Shown: positions 23,810-36,219 of the stretch, one piece after another
Numbering within the stretch: the stretch's first letter is position 1
How the letters are laid out: every line of letters starts with the position of its first letter
Assembly: GCA_965235115.1 (NCBI GenBank)
Contig: OZ249440.1
Span: 9,052,001-9,116,000, forward strand
DNA from: Laetmonice hystrix
Lineage: Eukaryota
DNA: 64,000 nucleotides
Reading direction: 5' to 3'
Notes under the pieces: generated by a model
What the model was told of the DNA's origin: nothing
What the model saw: the letters and a program-made list of their open reading frames with translations, nothing else
The model's database searches: none
Translations under genes and position numbers: made by a program

Positions 23810-24500
23810 TCAATTTAATGCTCCGTAAAGGAAAGCTGAGTCTCCCAGACCCATCAACACGGCCAACACTGTGGCCATGTTGGGCCGCCTTATTAGAGCC
23901 AGGCCGTCGATGACCACTCTCCTGGCCATACCAACTGTCACATAAATTGCCCTCTTTATAGGACCTTGCATTGCAAACCAATAAATCGGTCCAAACGAGG
24001 GGCCAAACTCTATTGGTGGCAGCGGCAAGAACCCCGCTATTTGCAGGAGAGTATGGATTCGGTGGGCAGTCACAGCACTCGGCCAGAGAGAGCCGCTCTC
24101 TAATAGTTCTACTTAGTCTCCATTGGAGATCAATGTAGGGGCCACTTTGGCCACCTGTCCGTCATATTTCTACCTGCAAATGGCCTTCGTCACAGTTGGC
24201 CAGAGAGACAAGGTGATGACGCCAACCACCTGGAGGTAAACGTATTCCGTATCTCGACTGGCCTTCACACCTTGTTACCGGCATCCGCTCAACTCAGGGA
24301 TAAAAGGGGCGGAATAGTGGCTCGCCACCAAAATAGGTTGGTTGCTTTTGATTTGTTATTTGGAGAAAGATTGGTTGGTATTGTCGTCATGGATAACGTC
24401 CAGGAACCACGTTGGTTGTCAGGGGTTACCACGATGTAACCCTGGATATAGGCGCTGTTTTGTCCTGTACTCCTAATGGATTGCAGTTTTTTTTTTAGAT
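23810..24500 (-). pseudogene. Possible decayed coding sequence of unknown family
   Basis: ORF 23810-24073 extends upstream in frame to about 24500: about 230 codons with about 6 internal stops, e.g. WFLDVIHDDNTNQSF and TEYVYLQVVGVITLSLWPTV. Confidence 0.3.
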
Positions 24501-25180
24501 CCTGCGGCATTGAACTTGTTTCCAGCGAATTTTGTGGAAAGATAGAAAAACAGGCGGAGTGAAGACGGAACAAGGTCCCTGCCCCATTTTTAGTTTTTAT
24601 CGACCGATTCTATTCCTGGAGACTTGTAGAATAATAGTGTTAAGCAGTCAGTAAGATAAGTTACACAGATAAAAGCCCTCCCCTCCGCCACCTGAGCAGG
24701 TGAGGTGCTGCGTCTGAAGTACACCATTGACGTCACAGAAAGATGTGCGTGTGTCGCGGTGCCTTTTTTTTGGCGTTCAACGCTTGAACTTCTTATCCAG
24801 TTTGTGGAGCTTTATTATATTGCGAATACACCTCCCCCTGGAGAAAGTGAGTGGTACGACTTGGGAGTGGAGATTGATTTCTTCCCCACTCTGATCTCGA
24901 GTTGTTGATCAGTCATACGATGGGTATATTCTTATGGAGAGTTGGGTTCACGAGTGAGGGCCCCGGCGAGTGGCGGAGTCCACCAGGGTTTCGAGGTATC
25001 AACAATTCATGACGTCCAAGGTAGGGTCGGCCTGAGCGTAAATTCTGGGCATACTGGTGGACTGGTAGTGGGGGTTCACAGGGACCCCCCCCCCCCCAAC
25101 ATCACCACTGGGATCTGGGAGGGGGAAGGGACAGATGACCTCGGAAATTGCTCATTGCTCTTCCTGGATCAAGTGATCTG

Positions 25181-26020
25181 ACTGAGACCTGTCGCTGAGA
25201 TGGAGATGGTGATATCTTTGCGGTCACTGAGACCTGTCGCTGGGAAAGCCTCATGGAGATGGCGCTATCTTTGCGGTCACTGAGACCTGTCGCTGAGAAA
25301 GCCTCATGGAGATGGTGATATCTTTGCGGTCACTGAGACCTGTCGCTGAGAAAGTCTCATGGAGATGGTGGTATCTTTGCGGTCACTGAGACCTGTCGCT
25401 GAGAAAGCCTCATGGAGATGGTGGTATCTTTGCGGTCACTGAGACCTGTCGCTGAGAAAGCCTCATGGAGATGGTGGTATCTTTGCGGTCACTCAGACCT
25501 GTCGCTGAGAAAGCCTCATGGAGATGGTGGTATCTTTGCGGTCACTGAGACCTGTCGCTGGGAAAGCCTCATGGAGATGGTGGTATCTTTGCGGTCACTG
25601 AGACCTGTCCCTGAGAAGGCCTCATGGAGATGGTGGTATCTTTGCGGTCACTGAGACCTGTCCCTGAGAAAGCCTCATGGAGATGGTAGGTATCTTTGCG
25701 GTCACTGAGACCTGTCGCTGGGAAAGCCTCATGGAGATGGTGGTATCTTTGCGGTCACTCAGACCTGTCGCTGAGAAAGCCTCATGGAGATGGTGGTATC
25801 TTTGCGGTCACTGAGATCTGTCCCTGACAAGGCCTCATGGAGATGGTGGTATCTTTGTGGTCACTGAGACCTGTCGCTGAGAAAGCCTCATGGAGATGGT
25901 GGTATCTTTGCGGTCACTGGGACCTGTCGCTGGGAAAGCCTCATGGAGAGGGTGGTATCTTTGCGGTCACTGAGACCTGTCCCTGAGAAGGCCTCATGGA
26001 GATGGTGGTATCTTTGCGGT
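25181..26020. repeat. 53-bp minisatellite, about 15-16 copies
   Basis: Unit CACTGAGACCTGTCGCTGAGAAAGCCTCATGGAGATGGTGGTATCTTTGCGGT. Confidence 0.97.
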
Positions 26021-26489
26021 CTCAATAAGTGTTTCTTGTCGTGTTGGACAAACTAATGGAGTGCTCCTTGAGAAGGTATTAAATGGTTAATTTGAGATTT
26101 ATGGAGCGATGGGTTTGGGGGGTTCGGGTAACAATGAATACCCCATGGGTAAGTACCCGATACCGCCCAGAGGAGGTAGTGTTCTGGTCAGGAGACGGGC
26201 TGTCACGGACTCTTCAAGCCCACTTACAAGTTGAAAGGTACGTAAGTCCCGTTGAGACGTCTCCATAGAACACAGCTGGTCTGTCAGAACGAGCTAAAAC
26301 ATAGGTGGTCTCGCTCGACAATGTGCACACTTAATGGGTGATCCGGGCGGTTATGGTTGCCATTAAAAGGTCATCCATTAAAAGAAATGGTATCTTCAGT
26401 GGATGGTCCGTAAAAGTGGCCCGTAAACCAGTAGTAAAGGAAGGACCCGATGAGGAGCTGTGATTTGTGATAAGGAATCACCACTGCCT

Positions 26490-26553
26490 GGTTACGGTAG
26501 AGACCCAGGCTAGGGCTGAGGTTACGGTAGAGACCCAGGCTAGGGCTGAGGTT
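26490..26553. repeat. 30-bp tandem duplication
   Basis: GGTTACGGTAGAGACCCAGGCTAGGGCTGA occurs twice in tandem. Confidence 0.9.
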
Positions 26554-26847
26554 GGCGGGCGGTGGAGTGGGAGTGGGGGCGGTCTCGTAACTGGTTGTTA
26601 CGGGGCGGGGTTAAGCTGGACCGACTTGAGCCGTCTCCGGCGTCAAGTGGTCGATGGGGTGGCTACAGACAGACAAGTGTTGGGAGGGAGTCTTGGAGTG
26701 GGGGGGGGGGGGCAAGGGGGAAAGGCGGTACCGACCCAGGGGGGATAAGGGGTGTGCGGGGACCCCGGTAGTGCCCTGACTTGGTGGGGGTGTGGGTACC
26801 TGTTTAGGACGGTGCTGCTGAGGACCCCTAGAACAGGCACAGATAGT

Positions 26848-27112
26848 GGACCGAAAGGATTCAAACCACCACACAGTTTCCGGACCAAAGGGGTCCAGAC
26901 CACCACACAGTTCGTGGACCGAAGGGGTCCAGACCACCACACAGTTTCCGGACCGAAAGAGTCCAGACCACCACACAGTTCCCGGACCGAAGGGGTCCAG
27001 ACCACCACACAGTTCCCGGACCGAAGGAGTCCAGACCACCACACAGTTCCCGGACCGAAGGAGTCCAGACCACCACACATTTCCCGTCCAGTGGGGTCTA
27101 GACCACCACACA
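26848..27112. repeat. 34-bp minisatellite, about 8 copies
   Basis: Unit GGACCGAAGGGGTCCAGACCACCACACAGTTCCC. Confidence 0.94.
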
Positions 27113-27515
27113 TATCCTGAACCCAAGAGGTTCCGAGCCCCAGTGTAGCAGTCTCAGTGATCTCGCAGTGATATAACCACTAGTGTCTCCGCCAATGATA
27201 ATCTAATTACGACAGGAAAAGAAAAGCGCGGTACTTTACAGTTAATGACGGTTTTATATCACCAGGAGCGGCCGGAGTCGGCAGTCTGTTATGACAGCCT
27301 TTGGGCCATAAATGGTATCGGTTTCTGTTCTTATATCATAGAACGGAACATCCTCATCAAATAAAAGTGATCATAAATCTGCTAACGTCATTGGATCTTC
27401 TTGTATTAAAGTGATGGTGTATTGATCTTTATAGATGATTTCATCAGATGTTTGTTTGTGGCCGTAAAAGTGGAGAAAGAAAAGGAGATGGAGAAAGGTT
27501 GTTATGGGCGTTATA

Positions 27516-27857
27516 CAGGGTGTTCCAATAAAACGGAAACTAGGAAATGTATGGATATTTCTCAATCATGGGATTAATACCTGAACAGATGGCTATTCGT
27601 CATCTTCAGGCATAAGAAACAACAACAGGGCTCATCCGAGTAAAATGGCCTTTCTTTACAAATTGAAGTGCACACAGATCAAAAAACCATTGTCTGTCCA
27701 AATCCTTTACCATAATCCCAGTTTCTTTTGGAAAGGTCACTTAATCTGTCTCAAGCACATTGTCCGTCTGTCCAGATTGTATTTGGAGTTTATATTAATC
27801 CCATAATTGAGAAATGTCCATGTCATTTCCCGGTCTCCTTTTTATTGGGACACCCTG
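27516..27857. mobile_element. Tc1/mariner-type non-autonomous element (MITE), 342 bp
   Basis: TA flanks at 27514-27515 and 27858-27859; termini CAGGGTG...CACCCTG. Imperfect TIRs of about 65 bp: CAGGGTGTTCCAATAAAACGGAAACTAGGAAATGTATGGATATTTCTCAATCATGGGATTAATA versus its reverse complement at about 27793-27857. TA duplication and CAG termini are established Tc1/mariner features. Confidence 0.9.
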
Positions 27858-30857
27858 TATAAAACTCTGAACAGCCTTCTTCCTTGTGTTAACAAAAAGA
27901 AAAAAACTTCCACTAGTGGGTGTATGTTTTATTCATGTTATTTAAACTTTATGAGGTATTTGATGGACTGCTGATAGCATAAGTTTATATATGGTGATTC
28001 AATTGTGTTTGATGCCCAAACGGCACAAACTGATGTTTACGTCCAAGAGCGAACCTCGACCGAAAGGAGTGCATCAAATCGGCCACTGTGGCCGATTTAC
28101 ATCAAATGATATTTAGATTTATCTCATGCATACAGACATGAAAGGGCCTCTTATGTAAAGAATTAATGCAGGAGTATGTCAAAGCGGGGTAGCAGAGAGG
28201 GAGGGAGGGGGGTGGTTGGACGTGGTTATCGGAAAGGGCCACCACCCCGTGCCCACGTGTGCTGGGCTCGGTGAGTGGCACTGATAGAGCCACAGACCGA
28301 GACCGTCCACAGTCACCACAGGCTCGCCTGCACCACAAGTCGCTTTGACCCACAATGAGAAGACGGTCTCACGGCCTGCCCTCTCTGACGGCAGCCTTTA
28401 GAAAGCAGGCCTTGAAGAAGGCTGGCCTTTGAATCGGCCGGGCGCACCCCCCCCCCCCCTTCAACACACACACCGACCCAAAGATCGGAGGACCCGCTTG
28501 ACTGGGACCTGCTCCCAAGAGGCCCGTCCTATTCGAATATATTTATCCGCAACACTCAATTTGCCCTCATTTGCCACTGATTGAAGGGCAGGATTTGGCA
28601 GGAAAGGTCCCCACTCCGTGCCGCTGGCTTGACTACAGGCCAGAACCCGAATAGCCCCCTGCCAAATGTGACAACCCCGCAGGAGAAACTGCCCCCGTTT
28701 CTGGTATTAGTGGCCGTGACAGTTTATGGTTGAACTATTCCTCATTGACGGAAATAAAAACCATGCCAAGCAAACGATCCGCTAGAAAGTCTTTGGAGTT
28801 GAGGGTTCAAAGCATTTGGGCAAAAGGATCGTAGGCAGTCTGTATCTTGATCAGATATTTTGGGCGACCCGATATTTTTATGTCAGTGGGTTAAGAGGTA
28901 ATATGTCAAGGTTAAACAACCCAAGGACTTTAGTCTGTTTGACGTTGAAGGTCAGATTTTCGATAAGCCAGCACAGTAGCCGATTACTATACCAAAGCCA
29001 CACTGTGAAGTGCTGGAGTGCTGTTAACCTAATTGATTCGGGAACCGGCTGAGTGTAACGCCCCCACTTATCCCGTCAGTCAAGGACGTATGCCTGTGGA
29101 CCAGAGGTTTACAAAGGCATACTTACTTCTTCTGGCCTCGGGTCTGTTACCCGAATAGAAGTTAATGCGACAGTAGGACAGCGACGGCATAGAAATAGGT
29201 CAGCTGACCTTTCTCCATCATGACCTGAGGCCAGGACCAACAAGGTCAGTGAGATTTACCGATGTGAATTTATAATGGCCAAACATTGAGATCAACCTGT
29301 GTTTAGGATGACTGTGAGGGACTTGGACCGTGACCAGCATGGGACAATGGTTGACAGTGTCCATTTGGCATCCACTCGGACCTTGCCCGGACTGGTCCTG
29401 TGTTCTCGGTCATATGTACCTGTATCTGTAGTGGTGACCGGCGGCTGTCGTTACTGAGGCCCTGAATGTGCACGAGTAACGGGTCAGTCATGAACCCCAT
29501 GGATCTCTACCTCCTTGATGTTATCAATAGGTAGGTCGATCATTTCACTGCTTGATTCTAGCTTAACCTAATCCAGGATTCCATCAGGATTCCGGGGCCA
29601 CTGTTGGAAACAAATGGTGATCCAACACACGCGGCGACATTTGTTTACGACATGGACACAGATGACAGGCTGGTAAACAATTCATGCTTCCCTCCCCGCG
29701 TGGCGGAATCGTCTGGTTTTAGGAATGACAGCGGTAGCTTATTGTCGCCAATGGCAGTGCTAGCGACGCCTGGTTGGGAAAATATGTGGAGACGGAGGAG
29801 TGAAGAGGGTACGTCATGGTGACGTCATGGCGACGTCATAAACGGAATAATGACCCATATGGCCGTGTCTGATCTGAAGTATGGCCGTCGCACAAGTCGT
29901 GAAAATAAAATAAAATAAACCAGGACAACGGGAAAGTTTGGAGAAAAAAAACCATGACAGTCAGTGGCGAAAAATATCGTAAGGCTAAACTAATTTGTCC
30001 CTACAAAATCCTATTTGCTCTGTGTTGTCCGACATAAGCTGGTGACCTTTAAGAGAGCACAGAGGAAAAGCCATAGGATTTAATCATGACACAGGTATAA
30101 ACGATAGGACTGCTTCAAACGTCCACAGTTGAGGAGTGGGGAAGATCCAGCTTTACCGCCTTTTATCACCATCCCGCTGTAAAGGTCCTTCTGATGAACA
30201 TGAGGGTGTGACCTGGCATGGAAAAAAAGTCTGCGAAGGTTGTGAGAGGAGCTGAGATAAAAGGTCGATTAGAAGAAAGACAGAACCTCTGACACAGCCA
30301 TGAGACGATTGATAGTGTACTGGGTGTCGGGAGAAGATGACTCTGTTGGGAGGGGGTGGGTAGCATGATGACGGTGCAGTAAGTCCAGTCTTCAGTAAGG
30401 CGCTTGTTTGCACCGAAAAATACGCCTTTGTGAACGTCTACGATGTTGCGGTCGCTAGGCGGGTGCCCAGGTGCAGAGCCAGGACTGTGGCCATTATGAC
30501 GCATTAGCGAAGTGTCCCCTTGCAGACTGCCGGGGCCCGCCCGACACACGACATTCCTACATTGTACACCCCCCACCCCAACCATCATTTTATCGATAGA
30601 GGTGCTCTCTCAACCCCCCCCCCCCCCATCCACCCCCACCCCTTTGATGGCAGCAAACCGTATACGTACACGTCATGTTCTCCCGGCACAAAACTGTGAA
30701 TGTTTTATGTTCGCCTTTTGTTGGCCGTATTAATAAAAATACCGTGTCGTGCACCGAACCTAGTTGTGGGAACGTCATGCCTGATCACAGCCACTAATCG
30801 GCTATGTGATCTCGGGCTGATGGACACAATGCCTTGTCAATCTCCTGACCTAGATAT

Positions 30858-31010
30858 CAGTAGCGGATCCACAGGGGGGTCAGGAGGGTCCACCTGCGCC
30901 CTGCGTCATCCCACCCATAGCTTTCTGAATTGACAATGCTTGACCCATCATTTTGTTAGATTTCCACCTCGGACCCCAGGGGCGGATCCGGAATCCTGGA
31001 TCCGCCCCTG
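30858..31010. mobile_element. Small TIR element (153 bp) flanked by a GATAT direct repeat; superfamily unassigned
   Basis: Left end CAGTAGCGGATCCA versus reverse complement of right end CAGGGGCGGATCCA. GATAT at 30853-30857 and 31011-31015. An internal perfect 14-bp inverted repeat CCAGGGGCGGATCC/GGATCCGCCCCTGG spans 30976-31011. Confidence 0.7.
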
Positions 31011-33149
31011 GATATGACGGTTGGTCCAACCCAGGTACCGATTAGTAATTTGAGGAGGAGGACATCTTGTTGGGTCGGGCTGCATGGTGAATGACGTGAA
31101 ACGATTCCGTTATAAAATGAGGTGCTGTTTGTGTCAAATGTCGTTAAGAAACTAGGCGTACTGTAAAATGTGAACATGGTAAGATACCTTACGAGGCAAG
31201 GCTGCATTCTGGCAGGCACTTACCTGTTAAAGGAGCGGGTCCATTTTAAGGTGTCCCATTGCAGAGGCGGTCGTACTGGGAACTAAGTGAAGTCATAACC
31301 GATTCATATGATACGACTTTTTACATATAGGTCGGAAAAGTTGGTAGGAAACAGTGTCATACCTAGAGCAGACCAGACCCGAGGTGGGTTTCATGAGCAG
31401 AGGTCTGATGTACGCCGCACCGGAAGTGTGATTGTCGGAACCGGAAGCCAGTTGTAAGACCAGTTTCCAGACCCATTAGACTACTCTTACCAAGGTCGTC
31501 GGTTTGATTCTGATGGCCCTCTACTTGGTACGAAATAAAAGAGTTAGGATTATGGAACTGGAGTAGGAGAGAGGGGTTCTTATCCTTCTGCGGAGTTTTC
31601 CCCTCGCATTGCCATTGAATTAAGTTAATTACCGTGTGCACTCTACTCACTGTGTCCTTTTAAATACAAACGACATCTCTAGAGCAGATACCTATTTTCG
31701 TTCTTTACGTAATGGTTTCACATGGTACAGCTGATCAGATCAACAGAAGAGGGTGGGTGGCTGGTAATTAAATCTGGAATAATAGATTCATGACATGGGA
31801 ACGCTTAGTGGGTGAAGTGCACGTACTGGGGAGGAACCGCAGGCTGAGGGAGACGGTACATATCATACTAGACGGTTCGCAATCTCAACCATCCTAGGAG
31901 TTCGTTATTTATACAAATCTGTCGGGATTAACGGTAATTATTAACCCTCAGGTATAACCAGCGGGGGAAACACCTGATCATCAGACCGATTCCAAGAGAA
32001 TTGAAAAGATTGTTAGGCGATGCAGTGGCTAAAACACCTTGGAAATATCAGGAGAAGTTGGAGCGGGAATGGGAGGGCGACGAACGGTGCAGAGATCTAA
32101 GGGAAGGTTTTGTTAGTAAGCGAAGACGTCGTGTAGATAACTTGGCCGAGTAATGCCAAGCGGCCATTGTTAGCCCGACATGATTGTTTGTCTACGATTG
32201 ATAGCTTGTGACAATGAGATAAGCTATCAGTAATCCCCGCAGTGCTGGCGGAGTAAGGCCGTTTATATTTCTTGTCTTGTGCTGAGTTGTATGAGGCCGT
32301 TAAAGGGTGGCGACAAGTTGGGCTTGAGTTTCAGCCCGGAGGATGCCTATAGCTGGTGTATATTTCAATTTAATGGAGTTTACAATTGCATATAAATTTC
32401 TGATATTACACGCTATGTTCAAAGTGAATAAAGATGGATAGGATGTAATCTCATCGCATTTAATGCATTTGTAATGGGATTAAGTTATGCATATAGGCAG
32501 AGATAAACCATTTATAGCAGAATATATAGGAGAACTTCAGTGCGTTTTTGCCTAAGACGTAAATGAATGGCTATTTATTCAAAATATGTTGCCGGGAGGT
32601 AATTACTTCATTGTGGGACGTTATTCGGAAATGCGCTGATTGAGTTAAATAAAGCTTAGTGAGAAATTTACCTTTGGGCTCAGACTGGCTATAATGATTG
32701 CAGGGAGACAAATTCTTCATCGTATTCCATTTTTCAGGGTCTAATCTTGCATCTGTGTGAGACGACGTCCAGCATTATGGAAAGTTCTGGAAGAGTGTAT
32801 ATATCTATCAGTGTTATGCATAGGATTCTGATCATTGTTCCAAAGGGATTTGAATATTTGAGTGACAGTGGCTTTCAAAGATGTAAGCTTTACTAAATGT
32901 CTTAGTGGAGCCAAATGTGCACGTATGCGTATAACATAAACTTCTTCTGACAGGGTTGTTGTAAGTATTTTACACTCTGAAGAGTGGCAAGACTTTCAAG
33001 TTTGGGGAGTGAATTATGCTTCATGATTTACTGGCGTGTTTGGGCATCTTCCTCCAATCTTGGCTGGCCTACCTTGGATTTTTAGTCCCTCACAAAATGA
33101 TCTCCTCCACCAGACCAGTGTCCGTCTCTCATATTTCATCCGGCTCTCT

Positions 33150-33590
33150 TCACAAGTGGCAAAAAGATACAAGGGCAGCGGTCGAAAGCTTGTCATCGTA
33201 CGCCATTTCTGATTTCTCCGTGTTTGCCATGTCCAATAATGATTCGGTGCCAATGATGTCTAAATATAAAAGTCGCCTAATCCGCCGCCTGTTTTAGTTC
33301 GGTGAGATTTTTTTATACCCATTCCATCAGTGTTTCTCTCACCACCGGAGCCGTCGCTGTCCCATTCATAGTGGCTTATCTGGCGAATGTTTACCTAAGC
33401 CAATTATGAGCCGCAGATTAGCAAGCACGTCCCAGGCGGGGCGGGAAATAACATGTCTGTCGACATTAGCCATGGAGTCGGTGCTATTGAAACAGCTGGC
33501 AGTCGGAACAGCCGTCCGGTCGGGGATTAGGGCAGGCACAGCCAACTTCACAGGCTCCTCAAACCTACCACCGACGGCTGCATGTACCAA
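33150..33590 (-). pseudogene. Possible decayed coding sequence(s)
   Basis: ORF 33366-33590 and the open stretch 33150-33293 (NRRRIRRLLYLDIIGTESLLDMANTEKSEMAYDDKLSTAALVSFCHL) are in the same minus frame, separated by a stop-containing linker. Confidence 0.25.
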
Positions 33591-36219
33591 TCAACCATTG
33601 TCCTGTTTGCTTAGCCATATTCATAGTCTTTGATTATTCATGAAGTGTCCTTTTTTTTGGGGGGGGGGTGTGGAAGAAGGAGCGCCGAGATGGAGTAAGA
33701 ATGAATATGATTGATTATTATCTAATCCCTGCTGCTGTGGTGGACCAGTTCCAGTTCACTCCGGATGTGCAGTTTTACTGTATGTATTTCAAACCTGGTA
33801 AGGATTGCGTCTTAATTCTTTTTTTGGTGGGGAGGGGGGCGGTATTCGCTGTTACCATTATTATCCTTTAAGTCATTTAGCTGTTAGAATTGAGACGCCA
33901 CAATTAGCTCAAGTATGGCGCAGTGTTTCTGACTCTTGATGTAATATGGAAGCTCCTCGGAGTAGATCTTAGAGGACAGCTGTGGATGGTTTTAGTTTTT
34001 GAAGTGAACGCATGTTGTTGTGACATAGTTGTTGGCTGACATGGCAGCGGTCGTTGGCCGTGGGCTGATTGACGGCTCCATCATTGTGACGGTACATCAA
34101 AGTCGGAGACAATCGAGTCGTACCTCCGAGGGGAGCTCTTCATATTAAGGCTAAATGATCGAGCGCCCCCACCTCACCGTAAGATAATGCAGCGTATGAT
34201 CGTCACTCTATAAACTGATCGACTCTACTTCACCGTCGCCCTGTTTTCATTTGTTGTAATCACTCAGTAATCCGTTGCATCCATTGAAATGCTTGTCATG
34301 CTTGAAACAAAAGATGTCACCACGAACCGTCGGTGCTCGCAAGGTACCTCTAACGGCTCCACCAATCGGCGCTAATTTTAGATGCCCCACTTTGCGGATA
34401 TATAAAAAGATATTGATTAGGCGGGCATCCTTTTGGCGGTATACGGCCTCGCTTGGCTCTGGGCGGCCCCGGCCTGGCGGCTGACAGCTAGGTGTCAACA
34501 TTACATGTGACAGCATGCCCGCTGCCTTCACACGTTACCGGACAGCGCTACGCAAATAATTAAAGGCAAAGCACGCAAAGAAACTCGCCGGAACGCATTG
34601 CAAGAAAAAGAAACGGTTTAAGGGATGGAACTTGTAAAAAAAAAGGATAACACTGAATAGGAATAAAAACGGACAAAGAAGATTGGTTTTGTGGTGTTTT
34701 GCCATTAAAGAATTGAATTTACAAGAAAATTTAAAAGGGAAACCTTCGAAAATTGCGAGAGGAAAAAATTGACTTGGGACAAGTAAAAGGTTGTAGGGAA
34801 GATGGGGAAATGGGGGGGGGGGGGGGTACCGTGAATCTATCCCCCCCCTTTAATAATATAATAACACTTTGAAGGGGCCATTCTTACCTGACCAACTGGG
34901 CATAAATAAGTCATACGTTCCATTGTTGCCATTTGTAAACATTTCCCCACTGACTACGAGTGAGAATTTCAAGGCGTCCACTCTAGTTGAGAGAGCTATA
35001 TAAATGTAGAACTGCCCCGCTCGCACTAATTGAGTATTCTCTGTACTGTGTTCAGGTCTGCATCTGAATCGTTAGGTAATTGGTCGAATGGGTCCCGGTC
35101 CAAGAGGACCATTAACGGAGAGTCCTGATGAGAATAGCCACCGATACTTTCTCGGCAGTATATTTAACTGCCGGGTCCGACCTGCAGCCTCACTCTTCCA
35201 GACTGGCTTTAATTTTCCGTAACGCGGTTTCCAGTGTGAAACTTTTGAGAAGATATTTGAAAGTTTTATGGGTTTAGGAGTTTTCTTGAGTTGAATTAGA
35301 AAGACTCCTTTAAGGGTTAAGTGCAATTACATGTAGTTGCGTTGCTTTCCGAGGCGCAGTCAGTCAGGTTGGGTTGAGTTAGAGAGGAGTCATGGGTTTG
35401 GTTGGTGAGGGGGGGGGGGGGGGGAGGGTTGTAGCCCATGTTTGGTTAAAAAGCGTAGTCTTTCAGTTTCAGTTAGCAGGCAGATGGGCTCAATTGGTCA
35501 GGTTTGGGCGGAGGCCTTTGGTCTGCCATTAGATGGTGTTAGGGTTCTGGCAGTAGTGGAAGGCCGCAAGCTCAGACATTTGAAGGTGTTTCCATTATCG
35601 TTGGAAAAAATGGAAAAAGCAACTAATTGAAAAAAGGCCGGATTGCTTGGATCTGTGCTTTGATTGAGTTGAGTGTGGCAGGAAGTGGCGGGAGTGGTGG
35701 TGGTCAGGAAGTGGTGGCATTGGCTGGAGTCAGTGGTGGTTGTGGTGGTGGACTTGGTGTTGGGCAGCGCTCAGGCTGGGCGACAGCTGCCACATCAAAG
35801 AGGATCACAGCACCTCATCAGTGTCCAGAAACAGGGATAGCCTGTCAGGGTTGGCTGTGATGGTGGGGTGGGGGATGGGGGTGGGGGTCAGCAAACGGCT
35901 TCAGTAACAACCGTGGGGGTGGGGGTTGTAGATGGACTGCGAGGTGACAGGTCCTGCCCGAGGCTCCAGGTACAACCCCAGGGTGACGCCCGGTGACGTT
36001 AGAAGCCGTTTGGCCTCGTATTGCCTTGTATTGGCACGTCCCCTGTGTCCTGTCCACCAGCAAGGGTTCCAGGGTTCAATACTCGGTTTTAACCTCGGGG
36101 TTTCGGTGGGAGTCATTGGTTTAGCTCATCACCCCCAATCCCTCCATAACATAGGAAGAAGATAGAAGAAGCCCAACCCCACGGACACATGATGGGACAC
36201 ATGTATGACCTGAGGGTCG

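Noticed and set aside
26370-26390. PFLLMDD Walker-B-like motif on the minus strand
   Set aside because: No Walker A upstream, and a neighbouring frame looks equally protein-like, which shows the unreliability of visual judgement here.
29643-29666. VYDMDTDD resembling PolB YGDTDS
   Set aside because: Does not match the consensus, and no other PolB motifs were seen nearby.
34940-35050. Possible degenerate inverted-repeat element
   Set aside because: The arms match only in short patches (GAGAAT..TCAA) and there is no TSD.
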